In this document: one piece after another, positions 9,913 through 20,506 of the stretch | Position numbering within the stretch: the stretch's first letter is position 1 | Layout of the letters: each line of letters starts with the position of its first letter | Program-made: the position numbers and the translations under genes | Assembly: GCF_022647885.1 (NCBI RefSeq) | Contig: NZ_JALCLM010000001.1 | Span: 1,656,610 to 1,720,609 of the forward strand | Length of the DNA stretch: 64,000 nucleotides | From: Bifidobacterium sp. | GTDB taxonomy: Bacteria; Actinomycetota; Actinomycetes; Actinomycetales; Bifidobacteriaceae | Direction: 5' to 3' | The notes under the pieces: model-generated | What the model saw: only the letters and a program-made list of their open reading frames with translations | Database searches by the model: none | What the model was told of the DNA's origin: nothing

Positions 9913-10899
9913 ATGAAAAGACCATATATGCCTCAGCAAACTCGCAGACCTGCATTTACACGGCTGGTTCCATCATGGTTGTCATCGCAGATTCGCACAT
10001 CTCAACAGCGTAAAGCTATTAAGCGTATTGAAAGCGAAGCTGCACACGATGTAGGTCGCGGCAGCGAATCTCTTGCCGTGCTGACTTATGGGGAGCTGTT
10101 CGAAGCGGCTGAAGCCCTCGCCAATCGCACTAACCATAGAGCTTTGGTGGTCACAGGGTTCTATGTACCCTCTGCAGTTCATCCTGCAGCAGAAACCGAT
10201 GGACCGCTAGGAGCACTGGAGCTATGTGCAGCTTTACGCGCTATCGGTGGAGATGCATGGATGGTAAGTGACGCCCCCTGCGAATCTGTACTCAGACCAT
10301 CAGCAAAATCACTACTGCCGGATGATCACGTACTTATTGCTCCAGTTGATGCAGGATTCGATGAATGGTTCAACAAGGTGCAACAACTTATCAAAGTCGA
10401 AGAAATCGATACTGTGATCTTTATTGAAAGAGTCGGACCTTCTTATGGTGGACTTCCGCGAAATATGCGCGCCTCATGTATCAAGGAATGGACAGCTCCT
10501 CTATCTCGTCTGACCAGTCTAGGTTTGCACACTATCGGCATTGGTGATGGTGGCAATGAAATCGGTATGGGAAAGATTTGGCCTTCTGACATGCAACGGC
10601 TGGTGCGATACGGCGATGAAATCGGATGTTCAGTCGCCACTGATGAACTTATTATTGGAGGCACATCCAACTGGGCAGCCCACGCACTTGTGGGAGCTTT
10701 ACACGTCTTAGGATATAAGGAGTTGGAGCACTTACTAGAAGCATCTTGGCATGAAGAACTGCTGTCTCACATCGTATCAACAGGAAGTATTGATGGCGTC
10801 ACACACGACAACGTTCCCAGCGTAGATGGCCTGAGCGGTGAGGCATATTTTTCGACAATCACATCCATCTCGCAGATAGCTCGTCAACGAACTTGGTGA
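9913..10899 (+). CDS. DUF4392 / glutamate cyclase C-terminal-like domain protein
   Basis: DVGRG, VVTGF, AETDGPLGA, IFIERVGP, TIGIGDGGNEIGMG, IIGGTSNWAA, IDGVT...SVDGL. Confidence 0.85.
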   Translation: MKRPYMPQQTRRPAFTRLVPSWLSSQIRTSQQRKAIKRIESEAAHDVGRGSESLAVLTYGELFEAAEALANRTNHRALVVTGFYVPSAVHPAAETDGPLGALELCAALRAIGGDAWMVSDAPCESVLRPSAKSLLPDDHVLIAPVDAGFDEWFNKVQQLIKVEEIDTVIFIERVGPSYGGLPRNMRASCIKEWTAPLSRLTSLGLHTIGIGDGGNEIGMGKIWPSDMQRLVRYGDEIGCSVATDELIIGGTSNWAAHALVGALHVLGYKELEHLLEASWHEELLSHIVSTGSIDGVTHDNVPSVDGLSGEAYFSTITSISQIARQRTW

Positions 10900-10988
10900 T
10901 TTGGCACAGTAACTCATCATCTCAATTCCAGATAGTGCTACTGCTGGGATTACGATACTTGCTACGAAATTCGACAAATACAACAAAG

Positions 10989-11031
10989 AACTGCCCGTCA
11001 AACTCTTTTGAAACTATTTTGACGGGCAGTT
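10989..11031. terminator. Probable bidirectional terminator
   Basis: 14-bp inverted repeat AACTGCCCGTCAAA / TTTGACGGGCAGTT between convergent genes. Confidence 0.7.
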
Positions 11032-11094
11032 GAGGTTATTATCCGTATACACATAGCTTGTTTATTGCGATGTGATTGACATCATAACGTGCCA

Positions 11095-12510
11095 TTACTG
11101 GTTCCGGTGATGTTTTCGAGAACGACTTATAGCAATTCCCGCTGTACCTACAGCAGTCAAAACCGTAAACACGATTGCTGCCGCAACTACTGCACTACCG
11201 CTACCTGTTTTTGCTAACGATGATGTCTTCTTGGTATCTTCTGCTGATGTTGTTTTGTTCTTATGCGTGGTTGTGGGTTCCGTGGTTGTAGGATCTGTGG
11301 TCGTTGGCTCCGTAGTCGTAGGCTCCGTAGTCGTAGGCTCCGTAGTCGTAGGCTCCGTAGTCGTAGGCTCCGTAGTCGTAGGCTCCGTAGTCGTAGGCTC
11401 CGTAGTCGTAGGCTCCGTAGTCGTAGGCTCCGTAGTCGTGATTACCGGAGTTACTGGATCGGTAGGATCTTTAGTTGGCACCACTGGTGGCACTTTACCT
11501 TTATAAGGGAAATAGTGTTGTTCCGATCCTCCGAAAGTACCGCTCTTAACCACAATGGTTCCTTGAATATTCGCTGATTTTTTCTCCAAGTTTGCTTTGG
11601 GTGCTAACAACGATCCATCGAGAGAATCCCCCGATTGCACGACACTACTTGCATCTGCAGCAACCCACAGCATTGCACTTGGGTCTCTGCTTCCGGCAAG
11701 AGTGAGATTGAAGGTCACTGATGAACCAGAAATTGGAATCACTAAAAAGGTCCCGTCGTCAGCCTTTGGTGTTGTTCCACTAAACGTAATTTCGGTAAGT
11801 GAAGCTAGAGTATCCGCACTGATGGGCCAATAATTTGTTTTTCCCTTGCTCAACGTGACCGTTGATTTGCTACCTTGAATCTCAACTGCTGCTTGAGCTC
11901 CTTGGGTATCAGTTTGTGGATAAGCCGCAATTTGTTGAGCAAGAGACTCCGCAGCACTCTGAGTGAAGAGACTGGCAAATAATCCAGATTTCACTACTGT
12001 GTCGGAACCTTCTCTTGAATTGTTAGCCACAATACTTGGTGAACTGTTCACACCCGCATTTTTCGCCACCACATGTGTGAATATTTGAGCGTTGTTATTA
12101 TCCCGATTAAGCACATCTATTTGTGTATCATCCTCAATCCTTATCGATCCAGTCAACACTTTCAACTGACCTGAGGAATTGCTCAGATCAACCTTATTGC
12201 TTAACAGGCCAATGCCTGAATCATCATCGGTAGTGCTATGTTGTGTTGCAGTGTTGGTGCCGCTGAAACTCAATGTTCCACCCACCGCAACAGCCCCTTC
12301 TGATTCGGCTTGAAGATATGCGTCGCCGTATGTTACAACATTCCATTGCATATAATCCGCCATCAGATACTCTTCTTGGCTAGCGGATGCGGATAATTGT
12401 GGCACCAGTACACCAAATGCCACTACCGATGCAATCAACGCACCGGAAACAATCGCCAGACCTCTATGAGGTTTAGCGGCATTGCTATGAATTTTCATAA
12501 TATTTCCCAA
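11095..12510 (-). CDS. Sortase-anchored adhesin, choice-of-anchor A-like domain plus Pro/Thr-rich stalk
   Basis: Signal peptide ending ASA. Domain motifs WNVVTYGD...ESEGAVAVGG and GSLLAPKA...IQGTIV...SEQHYFPY. PTTTE repeats, then LAKTG + TM + RSRKHH tail. Confidence 0.8.
   Translation of the reverse strand: MGNIMKIHSNAAKPHRGLAIVSGALIASVVAFGVLVPQLSASASQEEYLMADYMQWNVVTYGDAYLQAESEGAVAVGGTLSFSGTNTATQHSTTDDDSGIGLLSNKVDLSNSSGQLKVLTGSIRIEDDTQIDVLNRDNNNAQIFTHVVAKNAGVNSSPSIVANNSREGSDTVVKSGLFASLFTQSAAESLAQQIAAYPQTDTQGAQAAVEIQGSKSTVTLSKGKTNYWPISADTLASLTEITFSGTTPKADDGTFLVIPISGSSVTFNLTLAGSRDPSAMLWVAADASSVVQSGDSLDGSLLAPKANLEKKSANIQGTIVVKSGTFGGSEQHYFPYKGKVPPVVPTKDPTDPVTPVITTTEPTTTEPTTTEPTTTEPTTTEPTTTEPTTTEPTTTEPTTTEPTTTDPTTTEPTTTHKNKTTSAEDTKKTSSLAKTGSGSAVVAAAIVFTVLTAVGTAGIAISRSRKHHRNQ
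11306..11440. repeat. 15-bp tandem repeat x9 encoding the PTTTE stalk
   Basis: GGCTCCGTAGTCGTA unit: 8 exact copies plus 1 with a last-base change; degenerate units continue to about 11276. Confidence 0.95.
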
Positions 12511-13306
12511 CCATCGAGTACTGAATTCCCCATAAGTAGTTTCAGCACTGAATTACTTGTTTGCTCACACAGACTTCTTCAGAACAGCGCTCCCCGACTC
12601 CAACTATTCAGCTAGTACGTCTGTATGTCTGGATGCAAAGCAATGAAACTTTGCATAGGCAGAAAACTCGTCGAAAATATTCCCAAGGCATCTTTTAACT
12701 TGTTTTCTCTGTAGCAGAGACGAAGATTTTTGAACGGCTCAGCATCCACCGACTACTGTCGCTTATCCCCCGATTAGCGATGCATTTCCCAAATTATCGT
12801 CATATCTCAGAGTATCAATTCTGTCTGTTCCGACCAAGATCAGCTGAAAAACCTTCCACATATAGCTATGATCCTCTCCTAAAGCTGAATCTCACAGAAA
12901 TGATGAGGGCATCAAGTATGCAATCATGCTTCTCCCCATACCAGCTGTGGACAACACCATATACGTGCACACTCAGCATTTTTCCAGCAGATACTGTGGT
13001 TTTAGGACCATACTCGATGCTCAAACGCTGCAATCATCGAAAGGGGCAGACTTATGAATGATCGACATTCATGCAGTATTCCACTTTGCGAGAGGACTCC
13101 AAGCGACGAATGGGACACACTGCACAATAAACGGGCAATTCCGGGAACACTTGGAGCGGTTCCAGTATGCGAATTTCACGCTTGGCTACTTGAGCATGGA
13201 GCAAAAATCAACATGCAATTGCGAGGAAAAGAGAACATGCAGTAATAGCCAGCAACTGTGATGATGCTAGTGTCCAAATTACTACTATGTCCGCATTCAC
13301 CATGCT

Positions 13307-13921
13307 TCATACCGTTTTTCTGGCAGACCACTCAGCTCTAGTGATTCGACGGACATCTTCATCTCGGTAAACTTCCCCTGGCAAAAGCTCCATACGAACG
13401 TGGTGCATCGTTCCTGCGTATGACAAACCACACTTTTGCATCACACGTTGTGACTTGATGTTTTCGACATCATGTCTAGCCCACATTGCACGTAACCCCA
13501 GATCAGCAAAACCGTAGCGCAACAGCTCACGAACTGCTTCAGGCACTAAGCCTCTCCCCCAATAAGGTTTAGCAATCCAATAGCCAAATTCACACGCCTG
13601 CGGTTTGTTACCTTCGCTATTCATCCCAGAACCATAGCGGTTACCGTCCACTTCTGTGGAAGTAAAAATCACGGTGCCATATGACAAGCCGATCGAACCT
13701 ATAGGCTCGTCGTTGCCTTTCATAGTAATAGCGAAGGTGTTGGGCACAGCCAATACTGTACGTATAATATCGGCACTTTCCTGAGAGCTGTTATGTATGC
13801 TCCATCCTGCAGATGGACCAATTTCAGGATTGGAAGCGTAGCGATACAATACTTGTGCTTCCAATTCGTTATCAACTTTCCAAGGTCTGAGCACTAAGCG
13901 CTCTGTTTGCAGCACTGTCAT
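13307..13921 (-). CDS. GNAT family N-acetyltransferase (RimJ/RimL-like)
   Basis: LQTERLVLRPW, PIGSIGL, EFGYWIAKPYWGRGLVPEA, NIKSQRVMQKCG. Start placed at ATG 13921. Confidence 0.88.
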   Translation of the reverse strand: MTVLQTERLVLRPWKVDNELEAQVLYRYASNPEIGPSAGWSIHNSSQESADIIRTVLAVPNTFAITMKGNDEPIGSIGLSYGTVIFTSTEVDGNRYGSGMNSEGNKPQACEFGYWIAKPYWGRGLVPEAVRELLRYGFADLGLRAMWARHDVENIKSQRVMQKCGLSYAGTMHHVRMELLPGEVYRDEDVRRITRAEWSARKTV

Positions 13922-13995
13922 AAAAAATTTCCCTTCACCGGCACATAGCGTCATACCGCATGTTCGATATTGCACCCTCAACCGTGCAGTTAGCA

Positions 13996-15303
13996 TCAAG
14001 CTGCTTTGCGTTGTGGCTCTTCATCATGGATGCGTTGCGGTTCCGCTTTACCATCAATGGCGTCTCCATCAACGATAATCGTCTCAACATCGCGCAGTTC
14101 AGGTAATTCAAACATCGTTGATTCTAGAGTTTTCTCGATAATTGAACGCAAACCACGAGCACCAACTCTACGATTCAATGCAGTCCTAGCGATGCGCGTT
14201 ATAGCATCTTCAGTAAACTGCAACTTCACACCATCGCTTGCAAACAGCTTCTTGTATTGCTTCACCAAAGCATTCGCAGGATCCGTGAGAACATGCTCAA
14301 GTTCCTGCTCACTGAGTTCATGAAGAACACTCACTACAGGTAGTCGACCTATGAATTCAGGTAGTAATCCAAATTCTGAAAGGTCATCGGCATCTACCTC
14401 GTTTAATAACTCTTCTGTATTTGGTTGCAGCGTATGCCATGAGGCACCAAAACCGCTTGCATGTTTGCCCAGACGTTGTTCGACGATTTGATCAAGTCCC
14501 ACAAATGCGCCACCACAAATAAACAGGATGCCCCTAGTGTCGATTCGTGCGGTCTCCTGATCACGATGCTTACGCGTGCCTTCCAAAGGCACACTGGCGA
14601 TTGTTCCCTCAAGTATTTTCAGCAGAGCTTGCTGAACTCCTTCACCACTAACATCGCGCGTTATCGAAGTATTCTCACCTGATTTTCGTGCGATTTTATC
14701 GATTTCATCGATATAGATAATGCCATGTTGAGCTCGATCAACATCACCGTCAGCCGCCTGTAACAAGCGCTGTAGCACCGTTTCAACGTCATCTCCAACG
14801 TAGCCAGCCTCAGTAAGAGTCGTCGCGTCAGTAATCACGAAGGGAACATTCATCACTTTGGCTAAGGTTTGAGCTAAATAGGTCTTTCCTACCCCGGTAG
14901 GCCCTAATAACAGAATATTTGATTTCGCAACTTCTACGTCGGCAAAATCATCATATTGCTGCGACCGCGACTTATTATCTATCTGTTTAACTGATTGTTG
15001 CAATTCCAGATTGACGCGCTTGTAATGATTATAAACAGCTACGGCAAGTGTCCTCTTGGCATCCTGTTGCCCAATAACAAAACGGTTCAAATAGGCGAAT
15101 ATTTCGCTAGGTACTGGCAGTTTTAACGCATTTACTTCGACGTCATGTTTGCGTTCTTCCGAAATAATATCAACACACAGTTCAATACACTCGTCGCAAA
15201 TTGCAGAATTTGGACCAGTAACCAGTTTACGAACCTGATGCTCCGTTTTGCCACAGAACTCACAACGTGGGATGTCCTCGTTGTAGCTGACCACACGTCC
15301 CAT
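13996..15303 (-). CDS. clpX: ATP-dependent Clp protease ATP-binding subunit ClpX
   Basis: C4 zinc finger CEFCGK...ICDECIELC, Walker [34 protein letters not shown]. Confidence 0.97.
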   Translation of the reverse strand: MGRVVSYNEDIPRCEFCGKTEHQVRKLVTGPNSAICDECIELCVDIISEERKHDVEVNALKLPVPSEIFAYLNRFVIGQQDAKRTLAVAVYNHYKRVNLELQQSVKQIDNKSRSQQYDDFADVEVAKSNILLLGPTGVGKTYLAQTLAKVMNVPFVITDATTLTEAGYVGDDVETVLQRLLQAADGDVDRAQHGIIYIDEIDKIARKSGENTSITRDVSGEGVQQALLKILEGTIASVPLEGTRKHRDQETARIDTRGILFICGGAFVGLDQIVEQRLGKHASGFGASWHTLQPNTEELLNEVDADDLSEFGLLPEFIGRLPVVSVLHELSEQELEHVLTDPANALVKQYKKLFASDGVKLQFTEDAITRIARTALNRRVGARGLRSIIEKTLESTMFELPELRDVETIIVDGDAIDGKAEPQRIHDEEPQRKAA

Positions 15304-15477
15304 CTGTCCTCCTGAAGCCTCTTATAAAAAACCCGTTGCTCTGCACACTATTGTGCACCGAGCAACGGGACATGCATATAACGACTCTCGTCGTCTGCAC
15401 AGTACCTACGCCATCAGTCAGAGGTATGTTAACTGATAACAACAGTAAGTACTGTTAACAACAGTCTTATAACCTGA

Positions 15478-16149
15478 CTACTTCCTGTTCTCCAAGACCT
15501 CGTCAACAATGCCATATTCCTTGGCTTGTGCCGCTGTGAGGATGGTATCCGTCTCGATATCCTTACGAATCTTTTCTACAGGCTGACCAGTGTGATGAGA
15601 AAGCGTGTTTTCGAGCCACTCGCGCAGGCGAAGCATCTCTTTCGCTTGAATTTCAATTTCGGTTGCCTTGCCGAAATCTTGCTGCATAGCAGGCTGGTGA
15701 ATCAAAACGCGAGCATTAGGCAGCATAAGACGTTTACCAGGAGCTCCTGCCGCTAGCAGTATAGCTGCTGCGGAAGCAGCTTGGCCCAAGCATACAGTCT
15801 GCACATCAGGCTTGATGTATTGCATCGTGTCATAAATGGCAGTCATGGCGGTCATTGAGCCACCAGGCGAGTTGATGTAAATCATCACATCACGATTTGG
15901 ATCTTGGCTTTCCAAAACGAGCAACTGAGCCATAATGTCGTCTGCAGAGGCATCATCAACCTGTACACCCATGAATATGATGCGATCATCGAAAAGCTTG
16001 GTGTATGGGTCCTGGCGCTTGAAACCGTACGGCGTTTTTTCTTCAAACTGAGGAAGAACGTAACGATTTTCAGCGGCGATACTAGTAATTCCACGCGCTC
16101 CGGCAAGTCTGTCGGCGCGTGCAACGAACTGGGCTTCTTGAGATGCCAT
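15478..16149 (-). CDS. clpP2: Clp protease proteolytic subunit 2
   Basis: DRIIFMG, YINSPGG, GQAASAAA, ARVLIHQP. Confidence 0.95.
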   Translation of the reverse strand: MASQEAQFVARADRLAGARGITSIAAENRYVLPQFEEKTPYGFKRQDPYTKLFDDRIIFMGVQVDDASADDIMAQLLVLESQDPNRDVMIYINSPGGSMTAMTAIYDTMQYIKPDVQTVCLGQAASAAAILLAAGAPGKRLMLPNARVLIHQPAMQQDFGKATEIEIQAKEMLRLREWLENTLSHHTGQPVEKIRKDIETDTILTAAQAKEYGIVDEVLENRK

Positions 16150-16153
16150 CTCG

Positions 16154-16771
16154 TCACTCTCCCTTCTGGGCGTTCATCGTGCCTGGAGTAGTCACAATTT
16201 TGTCTACAAAACCGTATTTCAATGCAGCTTCGGCAGTAAACCAGTGGTCGTACTCATTGTCACGATAGATTTCCTCGACCGTATGACCTGTCTGTTCTGC
16301 AGTCAGCTGGGAAAGGGTTTTCTTCATATCCATGATGAGTTCAGCATTGATGCGAACATCTGTTTGTGTGCCGCCCACACCACCGGATGGTTGATGCATA
16401 AGCACACGGGCATGCGAAGTAATAAAACGCTTGCCTTTAGTGCCACTTGACAACAGAAACTGACCCATGGAAGCTGCCATGCCCACAGCCACAGTCGCTA
16501 CATCAGGCTCAATGAGTTGCATAGTGTCATAAATTGCCATACCTGCAGTAATCGATCCACCAGGTGAATTGATATACAGCCAGATATCCTTGCTCGGATC
16601 CTCTGCAGCAAGCATCAACATTTGTGCACAAATGACGTTGGCGTTGGAGTCCTTAACCTCATCACCGAGCCAGATAATGCGATCCTTAAGCAAACGGTTG
16701 AAAATCGGATCGGTCGGCGAGAACGATTCGCCCTCAGCCAGAACCGGTGAAGTTGCAAGAGAATTGCTCAC
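16154..16771 (-). CDS. clpP1: Clp protease proteolytic subunit 1
   Basis: [45 protein letters not shown] upstream of GTG start. Confidence 0.95.
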   Translation of the reverse strand: MSNSLATSPVLAEGESFSPTDPIFNRLLKDRIIWLGDEVKDSNANVICAQMLMLAAEDPSKDIWLYINSPGGSITAGMAIYDTMQLIEPDVATVAVGMAASMGQFLLSSGTKGKRFITSHARVLMHQPSGGVGGTQTDVRINAELIMDMKKTLSQLTAEQTGHTVEEIYRDNEYDHWFTAEAALKYGFVDKIVTTPGTMNAQKGE

Positions 16772-16820
16772 CGTGTCTCCTTCTATGTGTGGTTATGTAT
16801 TGAGCGTACAGCCCAGAATC

Positions 16821-16835
16821 GACGCTCTAGGCGGC
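16821..16835. promoter_or_regulatory. Candidate ClgR operator
   Basis: CGCT-CTA-GGCG (16823-16833) matches the CGCT-N3-GGCG core of actinobacterial ClgR sites, about 55 bp upstream of clpP1. Flanking bases do not match well. Confidence 0.5.
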
Positions 16836-16919
16836 TTTGCGCTCTCGGCTATGCAAAGGCCCCAAAGACCCACAAATTCATGGGTTTTCGGGGCCACCAA
16901 TTACGCGCTCGGTAAACTA

Positions 16920-18299
16920 CTACTCTGCCGAAGCCTCGTCGTGGTTATCGGACAGCTGGTCAGCAACCGCTGCTGCTGCGGAAGCCGCCTCGACGCTTTC
17001 TTTTTCCTCTTCCTCAGCTTCATCTCCGAGGAACTTCGTCAAATCAAGCACATTGCCTTCGCTGTCTTTGAAAGTCACTGCACGCATACCTGCGAGCAGA
17101 CCCTTTGAACGGCCTACTTCTTGCACGGCTGAACCGAGCTGACCGTTGTTGACAATGGCATTGATGAAATTGCTGGGATCCATGCCGTACTGCTGCGCAA
17201 TAGATGCCAAGAAGTTCGTCACATCAGCCTGGCTTACCGTAATCTTGAGCTGCTCAGAAAGTGCATCAAGCACAATCTGATCGCGCAGTTCCTTTTCAAC
17301 GGCCTCTTCAGCTGCAGCCTTGTCTTCTTCAGGAGCCTGAGGATTATTCTGAGCGTTCTTCTCGCGCTCAGCAAGCATCTCTTCCTTAACGCCCTTAGGA
17401 ACAGGGATTTCAACGCCCTGTTGCAAACGGGCGATAAAGGCATCTCTGGCTACCGTGGCCTGACGGCCTTCGGCATCGGCTTCGCTCTGCTTGCGAACAT
17501 CAGCTTTGAGTTCATCCAAAGTATCGAATTCTGATGCTTCCTGAGCAAAATCATCATCAAGCTCTGGGAGCTCTTCAGACTTGACAGAGTTCACTTTGAC
17601 GGTGACTTGAGCTTTCTCACCCTCATGCTCACCCGCTTCAAGTGTGCCTTCAAAAGTGGTTTCTTCTTCTGCAGAAAGACCGTCAAGAGCTTCATCCAGA
17701 CCGTCAAGCATGGTTGCTGAACCGAGCTGGTAGCTGACGCCTTCCTGTGAATCTACAGACTCGTCACCAATCTTGGCATCCAAATCAATGTTGGCATAAT
17801 CGCCCTTAGTCGCAGGACGGTCAACACTTACCAAGGTGCCGAAGCGCTGACGGAGTGCTTCTAGACGAGTGTTGACATCTTCATCAGTGACCTCAGGCTT
17901 AGCAACCTCAATCTCCAAGCTTTCCACTGCTGGAAGCTCGAACTTCGGACGAACCTCAACCTCAGCGGTGAACTTCAGCTTAGTGTCGTCAGTTGCAGTC
18001 TCAGGAACTTCCTTAACATCCAGCTTTGGCTGAGCCATTGGATGAATTTCCTTTTCAGCAAGTGCCTTTGAGTAGAGTTCAGGTACACCACTGTTCACTG
18101 CCTCACTCACAACAGATCCGTAGCCAACACGCTGATCAATAATCTTTCCCGGTACGTGTCCCTTACGGAAACCTGGGATGTTAACCTGCTTCGCAATTTC
18201 CTTGCGAGCCGCATCCAGATAGGGATCAAGTTCCTCTTGATCGGCGGTGATTGTAAGCCTCACCTTAGTGGGCTCAAGATTCCTAACGCTGATTTTCAC
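16920..18299 (-). CDS. tig: Trigger factor
   Basis: Ribosome-binding signature IPGFRKGHVP, FKBP-like middle domain, position upstream of clpP. GTG 18299 chosen as start (GGAG upstream). Confidence 0.95.
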   Translation of the reverse strand: MKISVRNLEPTKVRLTITADQEELDPYLDAARKEIAKQVNIPGFRKGHVPGKIIDQRVGYGSVVSEAVNSGVPELYSKALAEKEIHPMAQPKLDVKEVPETATDDTKLKFTAEVEVRPKFELPAVESLEIEVAKPEVTDEDVNTRLEALRQRFGTLVSVDRPATKGDYANIDLDAKIGDESVDSQEGVSYQLGSATMLDGLDEALDGLSAEEETTFEGTLEAGEHEGEKAQVTVKVNSVKSEELPELDDDFAQEASEFDTLDELKADVRKQSEADAEGRQATVARDAFIARLQQGVEIPVPKGVKEEMLAEREKNAQNNPQAPEEDKAAAEEAVEKELRDQIVLDALSEQLKITVSQADVTNFLASIAQQYGMDPSNFINAIVNNGQLGSAVQEVGRSKGLLAGMRAVTFKDSEGNVLDLTKFLGDEAEEEEKESVEAASAAAAVADQLSDNHDEASAE

Positions 18300-18346
18300 G
18301 CTGCGCTCCAATTCATCACATTCTGTATTCTGCCTCAAGGCAACCG

Positions 18347-19651
18347 TTACATGATAGCTCGACTTACGGACTCTGCAATTAGCCTAATCTGCCAATTCCT
18401 AGCACCTTGTTCGGCAAGGAACTCAGCCACGTCGACATGTTCGACATCTTCGACCCAACACAAGTTTCGTAAATACTGTGGTTTGATAATCACATCAGAT
18501 GGCGTCCGCGTGTCCACCGCTATCTGATTCACCACTTTACGGACTCTTCCCAGTCTGTCGAAACGCTCAGGGTGACGTTGCTGCCACAATCGCATTGAAC
18601 GAGGCGCATTTCCATCCTCGCCGTGACTGTTTTCACTCCTCCGCACAGGTAATACTGGCAACTCGTCATCCGAGAGGTTCAGAGCTTTGGCAATTGCCTC
18701 TTTCCAAACTACAGGCTTTACCATGCGCTGAATCGGCGCATACCTCTCAAACATTTTGTCTTGTTCACTCCCTGTATGGACCCGCACGCGTTGATTGAGT
18801 AACCGTATAGATCGGAAAGTTCGCAAATTACGAGGTTTAATTTTTGCTGCCTCGATTATGCCTGCATCTGAAAGCAGCAAACTCGGAGATATGTCATATT
18901 GCTGTGCCATCTCATCTCGAACTGTCCATAATTCCTTAACCACTGCTAGCCCGCGGCGGTCACGATGCAAATCTGTGATGTGTGACACTCTCAGCCAAGG
19001 ATCTTGACGCGGAATCTTCGGTGCTAGCCCCCGCTTGAGTAGCCATGCAAATTCTTCTTGAGCCCATGAATCTTTACCTTGAGCTTTTAACTGCGCACGC
19101 ATACATGATTCAAGGTCGATGAGCAGCTCCACATCCAATGCAGCATAGTTGCGCCAATCTCGGGGTAACGGCCGATACGACCAGTCAGCAGCTGAATGTT
19201 CCTTTGCTAATACCAATCCAAGATAATGTTCTGTGACTGCAGCCAGCCCAAAATGATGTGCGCCCAACATTCTTGCAGCCAGCTCGGTGTCGAAGAGCGC
19301 TTGAGGCTTCATACCTAATTCAGCATATCCAGGAAGATCTTGTAATGAGTCGTGGATAATCCATGTAGCGGAGCCAACTGCAGTATTGAACAACTCCCAA
19401 GACACCTCAGTATCTCGTAAAGCTATTGGATCAACCAAGGCGATACCGGCACCTTCACGTTTAAACTGCACTAGCCAATCCTCATGGCCATAGCGAAAAC
19501 CCGAAGCCCTTTCGGCATCTGCTGCGACGGAACCCTGCGCTTGTTCAAAATGCATACACATCTGGCGAAAAGCGGCCGGAGTATCAATAACTTTCGGAAC
19601 TCCAAGATGAGGTTCAGCCAACAACCGCGGCTCTTGATTCTCGCTGAGCAA
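18347..19651 (-). CDS. rnd: Ribonuclease D (3'-5' exonuclease + HRDC)
   Basis: VAADAERASGFRY, WIIH..QDLP, LFDTELAARMLG, KEHSAADWSYRPLP..WRNYAALDVE. Confidence 0.9.
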   Translation of the reverse strand: MLSENQEPRLLAEPHLGVPKVIDTPAAFRQMCMHFEQAQGSVAADAERASGFRYGHEDWLVQFKREGAGIALVDPIALRDTEVSWELFNTAVGSATWIIHDSLQDLPGYAELGMKPQALFDTELAARMLGAHHFGLAAVTEHYLGLVLAKEHSAADWSYRPLPRDWRNYAALDVELLIDLESCMRAQLKAQGKDSWAQEEFAWLLKRGLAPKIPRQDPWLRVSHITDLHRDRRGLAVVKELWTVRDEMAQQYDISPSLLLSDAGIIEAAKIKPRNLRTFRSIRLLNQRVRVHTGSEQDKMFERYAPIQRMVKPVVWKEAIAKALNLSDDELPVLPVRRSENSHGEDGNAPRSMRLWQQRHPERFDRLGRVRKVVNQIAVDTRTPSDVIIKPQYLRNLCWVEDVEHVDVAEFLAEQGARNWQIRLIAESVSRAIM

Positions 19652-19722
19652 TACGTCTAACTCCTTGATTTCGGATAACTACCAGCACTACTCGGTGGAT
19701 GAGTCCGTTACTGATACGACGC

Positions 19723-20388
19723 CTAAAACGCCATATCCCTCAAATACTGAGCCCACATTTGCACCTGTAGATCAGCTTCGAGCCCATGCGACTCTACGCC
19801 CGCAGGCGTCCATGATACCCGTATTTCACAGCTACAGCTTTCTTCCTGCTCAATGACACCAAATGACTGGTTCTCACTTACAGTGACAGTTCCACGCACA
19901 CTGTCTGTCTGCACGCTGGTTAAATGCGCCATCATCTCATCGAGGAACATACTTGATGTGAGCGAATCATGCTCTTGTATTACTATCTCTGTACTAAAAA
20001 AAGCAACACACCGCCATTGAGAATCCCATTCCAAACGTGGCTCGCTCGAGTACAGAATCATAATCCATCCACTCGGGCGATGAGTTGGTGCCAATGCTTG
20101 TGGAATATTGGGATGTTCAGGGTTTGCACTACGCCGATTTTGAGACTGGAGATTCGAGGATGGAGTACAACTCAGTTCTACTCCGATACCGAAATCCGCC
20201 AGACTGGCAGGTACACGAAGCTCATGATAATCGATGGATTCCACTCTATCCATGTGGTGCACAGACTCAACGGCATACCAGAGATCATCAGGCACATCGT
20301 CAGGTCTGATCAATGAACAGTCAGTCTGGTCAAAACCACAGTGAGAAACAGATGCATCATGCACTGGAATGGTAAAAATCTCGGCCAT
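19723..20388 (-). CDS. DUF3000 family protein
   Basis: ELRVPASLADFGIG, GTVT...SFG, EIRVSWTP; usual actinobacterial position next to rnd. Confidence 0.75.
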   Translation of the reverse strand: MAEIFTIPVHDASVSHCGFDQTDCSLIRPDDVPDDLWYAVESVHHMDRVESIDYHELRVPASLADFGIGVELSCTPSSNLQSQNRRSANPEHPNIPQALAPTHRPSGWIMILYSSEPRLEWDSQWRCVAFFSTEIVIQEHDSLTSSMFLDEMMAHLTSVQTDSVRGTVTVSENQSFGVIEQEESCSCEIRVSWTPAGVESHGLEADLQVQMWAQYLRDMAF

Positions 20389-20506
20389 ATACCAAGATTA
20401 TGTGCACATCAGTCACTTTCGTAGTAATGACACCACGCATAATTTTTCTTTTGTGGATATAAGCGTTCGTAAAGTGCCAATTTTGCTCTGTTTGGGAGGT
20501 GCTACC

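Noticed and set aside
11231-11577. Plus-strand ORFs with RSRRL and VVVGS repeats
   Set aside because: Shadow frames of the PTTTE tandem repeat in the minus-strand adhesin.
13996-15303. ClpX has SGF rather than IGF in the ClpP-docking loop
   Set aside because: As I recall, bifidobacterial ClpX proteins commonly have x-G-F variants here, so it is not distinctive.
15431-15465. TAACAACAGT direct repeat with AACAGTA/TACTGTT dyad between clpP2 and clpX
   Set aside because: Short and AT-rich; cannot be distinguished from a weak terminator or chance, and matches no regulator motif I know.
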